DNA of 32,734 bases from Utricularia gibba (Eukaryota; Plantae; Magnoliophyta), in assembly GCA_002189035.1 (NCBI GenBank), contig NEEC01000086.1, positions 1 to 32,734 of the forward strand. Direction: 5' to 3'. Shown here piece by piece: positions 1 to 14,110 of the stretch (its first letter is position 1; each line of letters begins with the position of its first letter). Position numbers and translations under genes: made by a program. The notes under the pieces are model-generated. The model did no database searches. It was given only the letters and a program-made list of their open reading frames with translations, and was not told the DNA's origin.

Positions 1-1010
1 CAGTGCATCCTATGAAACCACAGCTCACTGTGTCAAAAGGTGCAATGAAATCCTCCGGTGAGATGGGAACTCTCCCCGGTGCCTATGCCTGAGCCGTGCC
101 TTTCGGGTCGGGCTAACCCGCCCCTACCACCGGCCATGGGAACAGGTTACTTGGAAAGTGGTGTACATTTAATATTAGACATGCAAGTCAAGGTAGAGAT
201 GTCACATTCTTCTAGGAGGCGATGACTTTCCCATGCCTTATTTGAATGTCTTGAAACTGAAATTTCTTGGCAAAGAATATTCACCTGGTGGAGTCATATT
301 AAATTCCTAAAGTACAATCTTGAACCTTTACACTTTATTTAGAAACCGTTTTGTCATATTAAATAAAGCAAGGATTATGGAACTAATAAATGATCCTGAC
401 TTTCTAAATGTCATTGAAAATTCGGTTATTTTTTTTATTCATTTAAGTATCGAGATAGAAAAATAATACCCCCTCTTTTAGATAATTCATCCAATCAAAA
501 AATTTTAAATAATGATTAATCCATTCCATTCATTTATAGGATATGTTTTGAAATTTTAAGTTGTGATTCAAATTATGTAAAATATAATTCATTTTAAAAT
601 TATGTGAATATAGTCAATTTGAAATTATAAAACTATTTTGTAGGATAATATTAAATTAGATTATAAAATTTAATAAAATAAAATATATATTATAAATTTG
701 AATATATTTTAATTATTATATATTTTAATTTTATACTATAAATATATATTTAGAATAAATAAAAAGTGAATAATATAATTTTTTAATTACTTTCTAAAAC
801 ATAAATTCAGGAAATTCAATACTAATTAGAATTTTCAAAAATTAATTAGAATAATTTCAAAAAATTCATAAAACATAACAAGCCCATATTATGTATTCGA
901 GTGTTCTTTTTTGTTTCATGGAATACTAATAATATATTTTAAATATGGAATGTGCAAAAGGTTTATTGGAGGTGGCTATTACATGTAGCCGACAAAGAAT
1001 AAACAATTGG

Positions 1011-2966
1011 CTATTTGTCTTTAGCTACTCGTGTGACCGCCTGCATGAGCCCCGACTCGTCAAATTCGTCACCCTGTCAGCAAATCGTCACCTTTTTACA
1101 TTTATTTAACTGTAGAAAAATCAATAACTCATGGAGGACGGAGTGTACGGACAACTGTACCTCGATCTCCAGGCGCAGTGACAGCCTGTGCACCGTGCCG
1201 GATGCCACCGTCCATGCGCTGGTTTGCACTGACGTCAAGCTCAGATTTTTTGACCTTTCCAACAGCTCTAATATTCTTGCCAGAGGGTCGTGATGTTGCG
1301 GTTCTCTCCTATAAAGGTCACTCTCAAGTCAACCGTTCTTGATTCTGAAGACGTGGGAGACCTGCGCCAGAGAAACTTCAACGTCGGCGCTCACGTCAGT
1401 TGAATCTTCTTCCGGTGGGAGTTCTCCACCGGCTCCTTGTTGCTGAACCATGAGCCGGGTTTCTAGTTCATGGTTTCGTTTCGTGAGCTGCTCGACTTGA
1501 GATTTCAGTTCCACGAGGTAGTTGGTGATGCCGCTGAGAACTGACGCTTTGTCCTTCTGTAAAAGTAGTAGTAGTGGATTATCGTTCCCGCTCGTTGTTA
1601 TGCAATCAAATGTTTCTTTTCTTGTATACGCTCACCTTTGATCCGGCGGGAGCATGGATCTGAAGATCTGAAAGCTCTCATTCATCCTTTCCCTTCGCTT
1701 TTCTTTCCGACATGGTGTGATACAGATGCGATGGCGTGATTGGGTTTCGTGTTTCTTGCATCCTGCTCATGCTCAGTTTTCTCAGCAGAGAAAAGGATCT
1801 CTTGATCATGTTCTGCCGTGGAGATCTCACGATCGGGGGCACCGGCCGCCTTTCATACCTGCCGAATGCGCCGCTTCTCTGCCGTGAAGACGAAGGAGAA
1901 CCCGTATCCCTGGAACCCAACACTTCGATGATCGCCTTCGTCATTATATCATCCTCCATTTCCCTGTTCGGAAGACGTATGCGTGCCACTGCATCCTCCC
2001 CGCTCGTTTCGTCTCCCGATCGTACACCCAAGCCAGCCCAGGTCGGAATGCTGTGCAAGTAAGGGAACTCAGCGGTCTCCATTGTCGAAGATTGTAAGGA
2101 TGAAGATGAGGGATCTTCTTGTCCGGTTTGCCCGGAGAACATTGAAGCTAATAATCCTTTTATTCGTGTCTCCATGTCCGCCTGAAAGTTACAAGATCAC
2201 CCAGTGTCTTAACAACGCATTTCAGAAGCACAGCAGGTGTTGTAAGAAAAAAACGTTGTACCAGAGGATCATATGGCAACCCTAACTCGATCTCCCCAAA
2301 TGAAGACGCCATGAATACTAGGGTCTGTTCAATCATGTCAAAATGTGTCTTATCAGAGACGACGATTACTTCATTCTTCTGATTATAAACTTTCTAGTTT
2401 ACTTTCAGTTGTTATATGGCAGGAATTGTTTTTTCTAACAAGGAGAATGTTCAATACAAACCTTAACCCTAGCTTCCTGCAATAAAAGCAAAAGGAAACA
2501 GGAGTGAGCGTAATGCAAGATCGAGGACTAAACTGCTAGAATTAGGGTTTTACTTGGTAGAACTGCTGCTGTACGAGGTTCAAAACCATCTTCGAGAAAT
2601 CATGCGACATGAGCTCCATGTAAGGAAGACTGTTCTCGAACGCGAGTCCAGGCACGCCGTCAAAATAATGCACGGACTCCCTGTAAAGGGTGAACAGCTG
2701 AGCGCCGAGGGTCGCCGGCACCGACGAGGACTGCGGATCCGCCACTCCCCCGAAGACGCCATCAAGACACAGCAAGCAACTACCAAAGCAGCCATCAGTA
2801 CACTACCATCAGCATAACAATATTTCCAATGCAAACATATAAAACACTCACTGAGATGGATGGGGCATATGGGACCAAACACAAATGTGCGTGCAGCTCA
2901 AAGACAGCATCATCCGGCGGAGGACCGCCGTCCGATCGTCGGGGCGAGTCTGAAGATGGAGTCCAT
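1011..2966 (-). CDS. bHLH041: bHLH transcription factor, bHLH041-like, 7 exons, apparent homopolymer frameshifts
   Basis: Exons (minus, GT-AG): 2966-2852, 2779-2554, 2476-2462, 2324-2262, 2181-1636, 1556-1161, 1073-1011. Spliced product: MDSIF..CVWSHMPHPS|HCLLCLDG..QQFYQ|EARVK|TLVFMASSFGEIELG.., bHLH domain HTMSERKRRERMNESFQ..LPPGSK|KDKASVL, ACT-like C-terminus ending GDEFDESGLMQAVTRVAKDK*. Requires correcting 1-bp indels at about 2941-2944, 1699-1702, 1643-1644, 1355-1357 and 1280-1288. Confidence 0.85.
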
Positions 2967-3377
2967 TTCCAGAGACCCTGCGCATCAGATGGAGCAGAAT
3001 CGAATCTCGCAAGAGAACAGATTGCACGCTTTATTCAGGAGAATCAGTGATCAGGTGTGTACCGATTGAATCCAGGACGAGATGGAGACGATGGGGCTTC
3101 AAACTGTAGAGACGCGTTAGAACTTGGAAGCCAAATTCGTTCACATGGCACACAGGAAAGTTATATACCCTAGAAAAGTCGGGGGTCAAACGGAGAGTAA
3201 ATTTAGGGCAGCGTGTGAGAACTGAGAATATTATGCATGCTTTTTTATTTTTTTCAATATAAAAGAAAGAAAAATGGAAAATAAATTGATAAAAATATAA
3301 AGCTGGAATTTTTTATTAATTTTAATTTTATAATATTATAAAAAATTGATGGTATTTTCTGTAGATTATTGTATCAG

Positions 3378-3415
3378 AAAAAGAAAAAAAAAAGAAAAAG
3401 AAAAAGAAAAAGAAT
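3378..3415. repeat. (GAAAAA)n / poly-A microsatellite in the divergent bHLH-hydrolase promoter
   Basis: GAAAAAGAAAAAAAAAAGAAAAAGAAAAAGAAAAAGAA read directly; it explains the K/R-rich and poly-F spurious ORFs. Confidence 0.8.
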
Positions 3416-3452
3416 TCGTTCTGAATTTCTGTGTCGTTTTCTTTTGTGCCGA

Positions 3453-5061
3453 ATGGTTTCTTCTTTGGGAGCGCTGGAGAAGAAGAATCTGTTGTGGTCA
3501 TGCTTTCGTCCTGATAATCACCGGGTTTTTCCGGCAACCAGATTCAGAAGAAATCTCTCGATTTCTCAAAAACTAGGTATAGGCAAAAAGGAAGTTCCTG
3601 ATTCTGAAGTCATTATACAGGAATTGTGCTGTTGGGAAATGCGGAAGATTTTTTTTTTTTTTTTTGTTTCGGAGAGATTTTTGATTATAGTTCCTCCATT
3701 TTCTGATTTGGGGGTTTGCGTGGTTGTGCTGTGGTTGCGGGACAATGTCATTATTGTGTTTCAGTAGTTCCACCCCGACTCCAATATTTTACAGCGGAAT
3801 ACACCTAATTCGATCAAAACCTGTTCTTGAAAGCTTCTGAAAGCTTTCAATTTCGTGTTGAATGTCTCTGGATGTGACAGCAGGTATGCAGCAGAAGGTG
3901 GCAATAAGGACTGAGTCTGGGAAAAAACTGGCTGGAGTATTGCACGAGACAGGGTCGACCAATGTTGTTGTTTTGTGCCATGGTTTTAGATCCTCAAAGG
4001 TTGGTTATTTTCCTTGACTCAAGTAGATGCATTAGAATATCATTGCGAAATTATGGACTTTTTCCCACTACCAGGAGAGCAAGAACATGGTGAATCTTGC
4101 TTGTGCTTTAGAGAAAGAAGGAATCAGTGCTTTCCGGTTCGATTTTGCAGGAAATGGGTATGCTCTGTGAACCAAGATGCCCTCTTCTGGTATATTCTTT
4201 GATTTCATGTGCTAGTGTCTTTTGCAGGGAAAGTGAGGGTTCTTTTCAGTATGGTAACTACTTCAGTGAGGTTGAAGACTTGAGATCTGTGATTGAATAC
4301 TTCAGTGGATTAAAACGAAAGATGGTTGCAGTTGTAGGACACAGCAAAGGTATGTTTGGATCCAAAACTTTTAAGCGTTCCTTTTGTGAGTCATCTTAAT
4401 TCTGTGCTCTTGTGTGAGCTTTCAGCTCTTCTGAGTGTAACCAATCCCCATGCTCTAACCTGTAACAGGGGGCAACGTTGTACTCCTCTATGCCTCGAAG
4501 TATCATGATGTAGGCGCTGTTATAAACATCAGTGGTCGCTATGATCTGAATCAAGGCATTGAAGAGCGACTGGGTGGCAATTACATGGAAAGAATCGAGA
4601 GGGATGGCTATATTGAAGTTGAATCAAGGGGAGGTCAACTTTCTTGATTCTCACCTGTAGTTTATAATAGTTGTTTCAATAAACTTGATTCCCTTCTGTT
4701 ACCCCAGGAGATTATCTTGTGACGAAGGCGAGTCTCCTGGAGCGACTCAGTACTAAGATGCATGATGCATGCTTATCAATTGACAAGGATTGCAGGTATG
4801 CTTCATCAACATCTGTCTCACCATTTTACATCACAGAGGGCTAAAGACTGTTGAACTATTTTCAGGGTACTTACTGTTCATGGATCAGCAGATGAAATTA
4901 TTCGAGTAGAAGATGCAACCGAATTCGCAAGACTTATACCGAATCATCGGTTGAAAATCATCGAGGGGGCTGACCATGGATACAGTTTCCACCAAGAGGA
5001 GTTAGCCTCTGTTATTTTGAGTTTCATAAAGGAGTTGTCGGAAACAAACCAAGGATGCTGA
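3453..5061 (+). CDS. Alpha/beta-fold hydrolase (esterase/lipase/thioesterase family), 7 exons
   Basis: Exons 3453-3576 (putative N-terminal extension), 3881-3999, 4075-4157, 4228-4349, 4469-4633, 4708-4795, 4866-5061; all phases are compatible. Motifs: LCHGFRS oxyanion loop, FRFDFAGNGESEG, GHSKG nucleophile elbow, VHGSAD (Asp), GADHGY (His). Core could also start at ATG 3886. Confidence 0.9.
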
Positions 5062-5707
5062 TGGGGGAGACAGGCAACAACAAAGTGACTCAACATTAAT
5101 GAACACACCCATTCCAGACCGACTCTGAAAACACTAATCAGAGACTCAGAACATGTAATCAGCCAATATGAACTTGGATTCTGTTCTACTGCATTTTGTC
5201 TGCGAATTCTTGCTTATACTTGAATGTCTTATTTCCCCAAGTGTGGAGAGCAATGGACATGGATACCACATCCAATATGTTTTTGGGTTTCAGTTTACAC
5301 AGGAAGAGGAATAGATAGCCACAGATGCCATCAGATATGTCAAGGTGGGTAGGCTGTTTGAACCATGCACCAGAAAAAGGGATCCAACAAGATACCTTAT
5401 CCCATGTTCTCTTCTTTATCCATTCCATATCTATACAAGACAAACAAATCATACTCCAGAACTGTGCCCTGCACCTTGATGATTCCAGAGTCTTGATCAT
5501 CAGGAGCTTTTGGAATTGGTTTGTATCTGCTTGAGATGAAGTACTTACACAATCAAGAACTGTTCCTATATATTCAACACCTTAATTTATGATGCATTTT
5601 TTTATAATTTTTCGAAAAGTATTTTTGTGATAAATATTTATAAAAAATTAAAAAATTGAGATTTTAAAATATATTAAAAATTAAAAACGTTTTTAAATTT
5701 TAAAAAA

Positions 5708-5741
5708 CGATGAGCTGACGTGGAACCAATGAACCAATTGG
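5708..5741. promoter_or_regulatory. Cluster of UPR-type cis-elements upstream of the SES1-like gene
   Basis: CGATGA (reverse complement TCATCG, UPRE-III-like) 5708-5713, TGACGTGG (UPRE core) 5716-5723, CCAAT at 5726 and 5734, about 130-165 bp upstream of the ATG of an ER protein. Short motifs; support comes from clustering and context. Confidence 0.5.
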
Positions 5742-5872
5742 GAGGTGTATAACACGTAAATGTAATACGACGACGTTAGGGCTTTTAAAAAAACGGCTAT
5801 TTGTCTGCCTTCGCAGCTGCATTTGAGGTGTGCGTTCGTGCTGATTGTTCGGGCGGGATCAGCTCCATTTCT

Positions 5873-7595
5873 ATGGCGGGGTTCGATAAAGCCTCAATCT
5901 TTTTGTGCTTGCTCCCGTTGTTGATTTTTCTGTGTTGTGGGGTTCCGGTATCCGATTGCGCTAAGAAGCCAGCGGGAATGGCGAGAAAGGAAGATATCCC
6001 GTTTATAAAATGCCAAGTTTGTGAGAAGTTGGCAGCGCAGCTCTACAAACAGGTCCACTCAAAGGAAGCAGAGATCGCTCCTAAAAAGGTGGTTTTTATA
6101 TATTGTTTGGGCAATGTCTGCAAAAAGGTGCTTTGCTGGTTGGTGTTGATAGCAATGCTTTGTGGGTACAGATATCGGAGCTTGTGATTATTCAGATTTC
6201 CGAGAATTTGTGTAATTTGAAGAAAAAGGAAGCTGATTGGATTCTTAAAATTGACATTGTAGAGCAGGGGGATGAACTAAAGGTATGTGTGTATATATTG
6301 TTTGCCAGAGCTACATGTTAAAATGTTTTCCATATGCTGTCTGAAATCAATTGTGCAAAACCCGCCATATTGTCATTTGCGTGCATAAGTTGGTTGGTAT
6401 ACCTGACAACTCCGTGGATTCTTGTGCCAAGCTTGAGGAGCAAGACTCCGAAGGACAGTGCAATTCAGAGTGCAAGACGATCGAGCGAGCTTGCGAGGAG
6501 GTGGGTATCTTTTTCAGTGTTCATTTTCTTTCACGTGCGAGTACTTGTTGCCGTTATTGGGCTTGCTCTGTGGTGGTATTTTAGTAAGGTGAGTTGAGTT
6601 TTGAATGGCTTTTTTCTACATACGGTCTGGTGTACGTTTCCTCGGATCATCCAATCATGATCCTTTTTCCCATCAAATTCCTGTTTTCTGGGTTCTTGTA
6701 AGTAAAGTATTCTGGTGTGTGAAGACCTCAAAACTGTGATGATTCATAATTTCGTCTCCACCAGGTTATGGGTTATTCTGATACAGATGTGGCTGAGTAT
6801 GTATTCAAAAAGAAGCCTCAGATTGAGTCTTTGGTGAATTTTATCTGCAAGGACCTAACTGAAGCATGCGTTTCAAAACCACCACCAGTTCCCGAGGTAC
6901 ACTACAGCTTGGCTTGATATTCATATTCTCTCCTGATCTTGTACTTGATCCCACTTATGTGCAAACTAGGATAGGATACCAGGAGAGCCCTTTATCCCAA
7001 AATCTGCAAAAGAAGCTGAAATGGAAAATCTAATGAAATCCATGGAGGTAAGTGGTATCAGTGATGCTTAGTGTGTTTTTTTTAAGGTATAATAAGCCAT
7101 CTCTGCATCTACTCCTTTCCAGGGATTACCAGGAGCACCTGGAATGAAGATGTACTCTCGAGAGGACTTGATGCGTCAGAATTTTGGTGATGAAGAAGAT
7201 GATGATGAGGATGATGACGATTTAGCACCTAAACTGGTGAGGACTCGCCTCATTTTTCGAAAATGCCTGCAAACACCATGTTTCTACCCCTCCATCTCAT
7301 GGAGATAAATTTTGTGCAGGGAAAAGTTCTGAAAGAGAACGTGAAAAGGAAAAATAACCAGTACGAATGGAAAGAGAAGGTGCCAAGAATCTTAACAGAG
7401 GTTACTGAGAAATTGATGCATCATGCAAGTAGAGCTTCATCCGGGTTGAAAGAGAAGGTACCAGGAATCTTAACAGAGGCTACTGAGAAACTGATACATC
7501 ATGCAAGTAGAGTTTCATCCGGGTTGAAACAGAAGTTCATAAACTGGAAAAACAAGGGCCAGGAGAAGAAGACAACGAAACCTGGTGAACTCTAA
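5873..7595 (+). CDS. SES1: Saposin-B/canopy-like ER protein, SES1 (SENSITIVE TO SALT1)-like, 7 exons
   Basis: Exons 5873-6088, 6172-6282, 6432-6500, 6765-6896, 6970-7047, 7123-7236, 7320-7595, all phase 0. Signal peptide, RKEDIPFIKCQVCEKLA, LCNLKKKEADWILKIDIVE, ECKTIERAC, GYSDTDVAEY, GAPGMKMYSRED, acidic stretch, C-terminal -GEL ER-retention-like signal. Confidence 0.88.
7371..7526 (+). repeat. In-frame 78-bp tandem duplication (2 x 26 aa) in the last SES1 exon
   Basis: KEKVPRILTEVTEKLMHHASRASSGL (7371-7448) followed by KEKVPGILTEATEKLIHHASRVSSGL (7449-7526). Confidence 0.95.
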
Positions 7596-7815
7596 ACTGC
7601 CTTGCCTCCATTATCTTCATAGTTAGGCTTATCTGGTTTACTAGACGATTTTGGACTGATCTTTTATTGAGAAAAGAGATGCCGTCATGGGTGGAAAATT
7701 TCCCTCCAATTAAAATTGTCAGATGACTATCATTCGGGAAATCCATAAGGTACAGTACATAATACGAGCACACACAACAGATGCCAAGGCACTGCTCCAA
7801 ACAAAAACTGGTAAC

Positions 7816-10209
<2,394 letters not shown>

Positions 10210-10647
10210 TGTACCGAAGATATGGGGAATTCGGAGTTGGCCGTTAGGGTTTTACCAATTGCAACCCAGGGTTCAGCTTTAGGGTTTTCGACGTCATTTA
10301 AACCAATTCACAGGCTATAAATTTTCCAAAACCTCCCGCGAAAAAACGACCTCATAATAAAATTTTCCAGAATTTCTCATTAGATATTTTGGTGCACCTA
10401 CAAAAATAAAATAAAATAAAATAAAAATAAATAGATATTTTAAATAATGAAAATAAATTATTATACCGGGCATGCTGATTGCTGCCTCGTAACCGGTTGG
10501 CTGTTCCTTCTTCCCTGGTTTGTGAAAACAGTGGAATTGGTTGGGTAAAATTGCCGGAAAACCTAAAAATGTTCCCGAGTGTATCGCACATACCGTCATG
10601 CGCCGCTGCATTTCGGAAGCGTTTAGCTTAGTAATCACGCACCAGCA
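10210..10647. promoter_or_regulatory. Short bidirectional promoter/5'UTR region shared by PRMT1 and the TLDc gene
   Basis: Divergent ATGs 438 bp apart. Telo-boxes (TTAGGGTTT = AAACCCTAA on minus) at 10244-10252 and 10279-10287, E2F-like TTTCGCGG on minus at 10336-10343, and an (AAAAT)n tract at about 10403-10430. Confidence 0.55.
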
Positions 10648-12805
10648 ATGGAGACAAAGCGGCAGGGGGAACTGAAGGCGGAGACCGTCCAGCAACACAA
10701 GTCCTTGAAGAGTAGAGCAGTCCAATTTGTATCCGGGCTTTCCACCGCTCTACTCAATCCCATGTCGGACCGACCGCACACTGTTCCTACGCAGGTGAAA
10801 TTCTTCTGAAGAACGTTTTATTTTTATGGTTATCTGGTTTCCATTTTCCTTAGACTCCCAGTTGGGTGTTCTTATTCTTATGATGCGATAGCGATGGAGA
10901 TCTTTTATTCTTTCTACCACTCTTCTGTACTTCTGTTCGCCTTAGGCGTAATTGCTTGTCACTTATATCATTCGTGCTAATGCTTCCTCAATCAATACCC
11001 CGAACCAGAGTGTCTGTGTATAGTAACGAGAAGCAGGAAGTGTTTGTAGTGAATGGTTTTAATTTCATCTCTTCTCTGTTGTTGGATACGTTGGAAATGG
11101 TTCTTGTCTTGAATCCATGTGATAACTGTGTCCATAGATGTTTTGTATAGGATGATGATCAGGATGAATGTGGAGAAAGCCAAACTGATGAGAGTGCAAA
11201 GGACACTGTTGATGGTCCTGATACATCTTCTTTTGCTGCATTCCTCTATTCCCTCTTGGCATCTCCTGACACGAAAGCACCTAAGGAAGATATTGTTCTG
11301 AGTGATGATGAGTTGATGAAATCTTTAGAAGCAGTAGTGACGAAGAAGAGGTCAGATATCTTATCCAGGGGCAGGAGAGCACTGGGAAAAGTGTGGCATC
11401 AAGCAGCTAAGGTAGGCGGTTTCCATCATCAACACTCCAAGAGTAGTTCCGACGGTGTCTGCGAGATCAATGAGGAAGAGGGCATCGCAATGCAGACATT
11501 GAAGGAGCTTGAGAGTCGACCGGTTGAAAATCTTCCTGAAATTTCTGAACCTTCAGCGCTCCTCTCAGAGAAGACTCGGGGTTTCCTTTATTCTGCTCTA
11601 CCTGTGATTGTCCAAGGCCGAAAATGGATGTTGTTGTACAGGTATCTAGCAATCATGTCCCACAGCATGCCTGTTTTGTAATTCCTTTTTATGGTATCTT
11701 TCAGCACTTTTCGGCATGGTATTTCACTTTCGACCTTGTACCGAAGAAGCACGCTTTGGCCTGGCCTCAGTCTGTTGGTAATCTCATTCTCTACATGATC
11801 ATTTTTGCATGCTTCGGCTGCAGTTGTGCTTTCGATTATCCTTTTTTGATTGAGGCCAGTGACTTCTCATGATCTCAAATACCAGTTGATTTTCCTTCTT
11901 GCATTATCCTCTTTGTGATTCATCTCTTCGTTTAGGAGTAGCTATAGAGATAATGTTCCTTCACTTCTCTCTCTTTTGCCATCTTCTCTTTAGGTCGTGG
12001 GAGACTGTAAAGGTGCTGTTTTTGGAGGGTTAGTTGAGGCTCCTTTGAATCCAACAAACAAGAAAAGGTACCAGGTAACAAATTGATGATCGATCATTTG
12101 ATACAGAGTGACATTTTATCTGCGACATGCTCAACTTGCAAGCATCACAGGGAACAAATACCTCCTTTGTATTCTCGAATACATCTGGGCAGCCTCAAAT
12201 ATTTCGTCCAACAGGTTACTACTAACTGTTATTTTCATCGCTCGCATCTGACCTGCCAAAGTCATCAGGCTGCGAGTGAGGAAGCATAATAGTAAATGAT
12301 AAAGGAGTTGCCTAATTCTAACCAAGCTCCAACTTTCCTGCGTTTAATCTTGTCTCTACCAGTGGTCTTTATATTCTCAAAGTTGAACAGGTATAAATCG
12401 GTATTTTACACTGTGTTCGGTGGACTACCTGGCCTTGGGTGGAGGCAGCCATTTCGCGCTGTATCTGGACTCTGATCTGTAAGCCTTTCATTTTCATGGT
12501 TATTCCTGAAATAACAGCTCATGTGGTGAGGTTACTCTACTCACAACCTGGCTTGTATAGATTAAGTGGATCAAGCTCGTCTTCAGAGACGTACGGAAAC
12601 CCTTGCTTGGCCAAGTCTCAGGATTTTCAAGTGAAGGAGGTTGAGGTATACAAAGGCTGCTTTATTGGGAATGACATCGAGATGGTGATCCTATTGATTC
12701 CCTTTTATCTCCATCTTGTAGCTATGGGGTTTCGTATATGCTTCCAAGTACGACGAGATGGTGGCTCTATCGCGGATGGAGGCGCCGGGGATTTGCCGAT
12801 GGTAG
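10648..12805 (+). CDS. TLDc-domain (OXR / oxidation resistance family) protein, 8 exons
   Basis: Exons 10648-10794, 11151-11641, 11705-11777, 11994-12074, 12151-12214, 12391-12478, 12561-12645, 12722-12805. Motifs: KSLKSRAVQFVSGLSTALLNPMSD, DGPDTSSFAAFLYSLL, PEISEPSALL, QGRKWMLLYSTFRHGISLSTLYRRS, VVGDCKGAVFGGLVEAPL, YLALGGGSHFALYLDSDL, SETYGNPCLA, EVELWGF, ending PGICRW*. Confidence 0.93.
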
Positions 12806-12890
12806 ATAAATACCCTCCTGTAGCAGCTTCGATGTACAAAAATGAAAGGAAACGATGAAATAAAATGAATAAAGTGTTGTGGAATCTCTA

Positions 12891-14110
12891 GGCCGTGTTT
12901 GGTAATGATTTTAGTACTATTTGTATAATTTATATCAAATAAAAATTATTCCTTCTATAAGTGTACATTATATTTGGTAGTATGTAATTTGTGGATTGGA
13001 ATAAGTTGTTTGGTAGATATATATTTGATTATTTTTTAAAGATTTTGAACAAACATATTTTTACCTTTTTATATATTTTTTTTTTATCTAAGTAGGGTTC
13101 TTGGCTTCAACTTTTCAATAATTCTCCAATTTTTTGTGCGAAATGAGCATGTCCCACATAGAGATCAACAATGGTCAATTGAAATCGAAACGCGGGTGGA
13201 GTGTTGAAGAATGACGTATTCTTATTATCGTTTTCAAGGATATTATTAACAGTGGATAGAGGAGTCACGAAACCTTGCATAATTAAGAAGTAGACAACAC
13301 ATTCGTCCAAAGACATTCCAATTCATCCTCAGTTCCTCCAAAGCTGTGTTGTTTATGTTGCTAATTAATTTATATCGACATTGATGTCTTGAACCATGAG
13401 AACGTAGTCGGAGCAACATAATAATATGAGCAATTTCGAAATTCCTTTGCAGCAAATGTGCCAATAGTAATAATTGAGCATTCTCATCAATCGATTCCAT
13501 TAAAAAAAACTTTGGGTTTTTACAATTAATTCATCACATATAATAATTAATGCATGAGAGACTACATGTTTATGCGTACACACATCAAGAACAGTGCAAA
13601 AAATAATTAAAGAAATTATTCATTCATCTCAACTATTATACTTCAATTTTGATGTCTCCAAATGAGTGGGACACTGATTGAATACTTTGTTGTGCTGCCG
13701 AACAGTCAAAACATGAACCTCAATTACCTGAATTTGAGACCCAACAATGGGTCTTCAATCCAAATTTTGCAAGTTGATGTAGAAAATTTCATAGGTTGAG
13801 GAAGAAATTTCGTAGATGGAGGGAGATATTCGCAGGTTGGGGGGAAACAAAATCGTTATAGTTGAAAAATAATTTTCCCCCAAATTTAATTTAATATGTA
13901 GATGTATTTATGGGTATTTTAGACTTTTCATAATCAAAAATTTATTCATATATTAGGTATAAAATTAAGGAAATGTTTTGATGGAGATAATTTTATGATT
14001 TATAGAAATGAAAAAAGTATCCCAGAAAAATTTACTTTAGATTACTAAACGTGTTATTATTATACTACATATTAGAATATTCTATTTTATCCTTATTACC
14101 AAACACAACC
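12891..14110 (-). mobile_element. Internally deleted PIF/Harbinger DNA transposon (about 1.2 kb)
   Basis: Left TIR GGCCGTGTTTGGTAAT at 12891; right end ATTACCAAACACAACC at 14095-14110 (reverse complement GGTTGTGTTTGGTAAT, 14/16 match). Flanks are CTA (left) and TTA (right); TWA is the PIF target. A minus-strand fragment at about 13250-13500, ALEELRMNWNVFGRMCCLLLNYARFRDS, matches the LRMxxxxFxxLCxLL..LxDS N-terminal motif of plant PIF transposases. Confidence 0.8.

Noticed and set aside
1-180. GC-richer stretch at the window start with short open frames on both strands (SASYETTAHCVKRCNEILR* on plus; ..RVPISPEDFIAPFDTVSCGFIGCT on minus)
   Set aside because: May be the edge of a neighbouring gene, but neither frame could be assigned to a family and the context is cut off.
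480-940. Extremely AT-rich spacer, possible MITE or Helitron relic
   Set aside because: No TIRs, TSD or Helitron termini could be identified.
1278-1702. Two compensating +1/-1 indel pairs in the bHLH gene, suggestive of recoding or RNA editing
   Set aside because: Each shifted segment contains a stop, all sites are homopolymers or doublets, and an uncompensated indel exists at about 2941; sequencing error is simpler.
5448-5508. Possible C/D snoRNA (CTCC-TGATGA...GGAG on minus)
   Set aside because: No proper CTGA D box, too short, and no recognisable rRNA antisense element.
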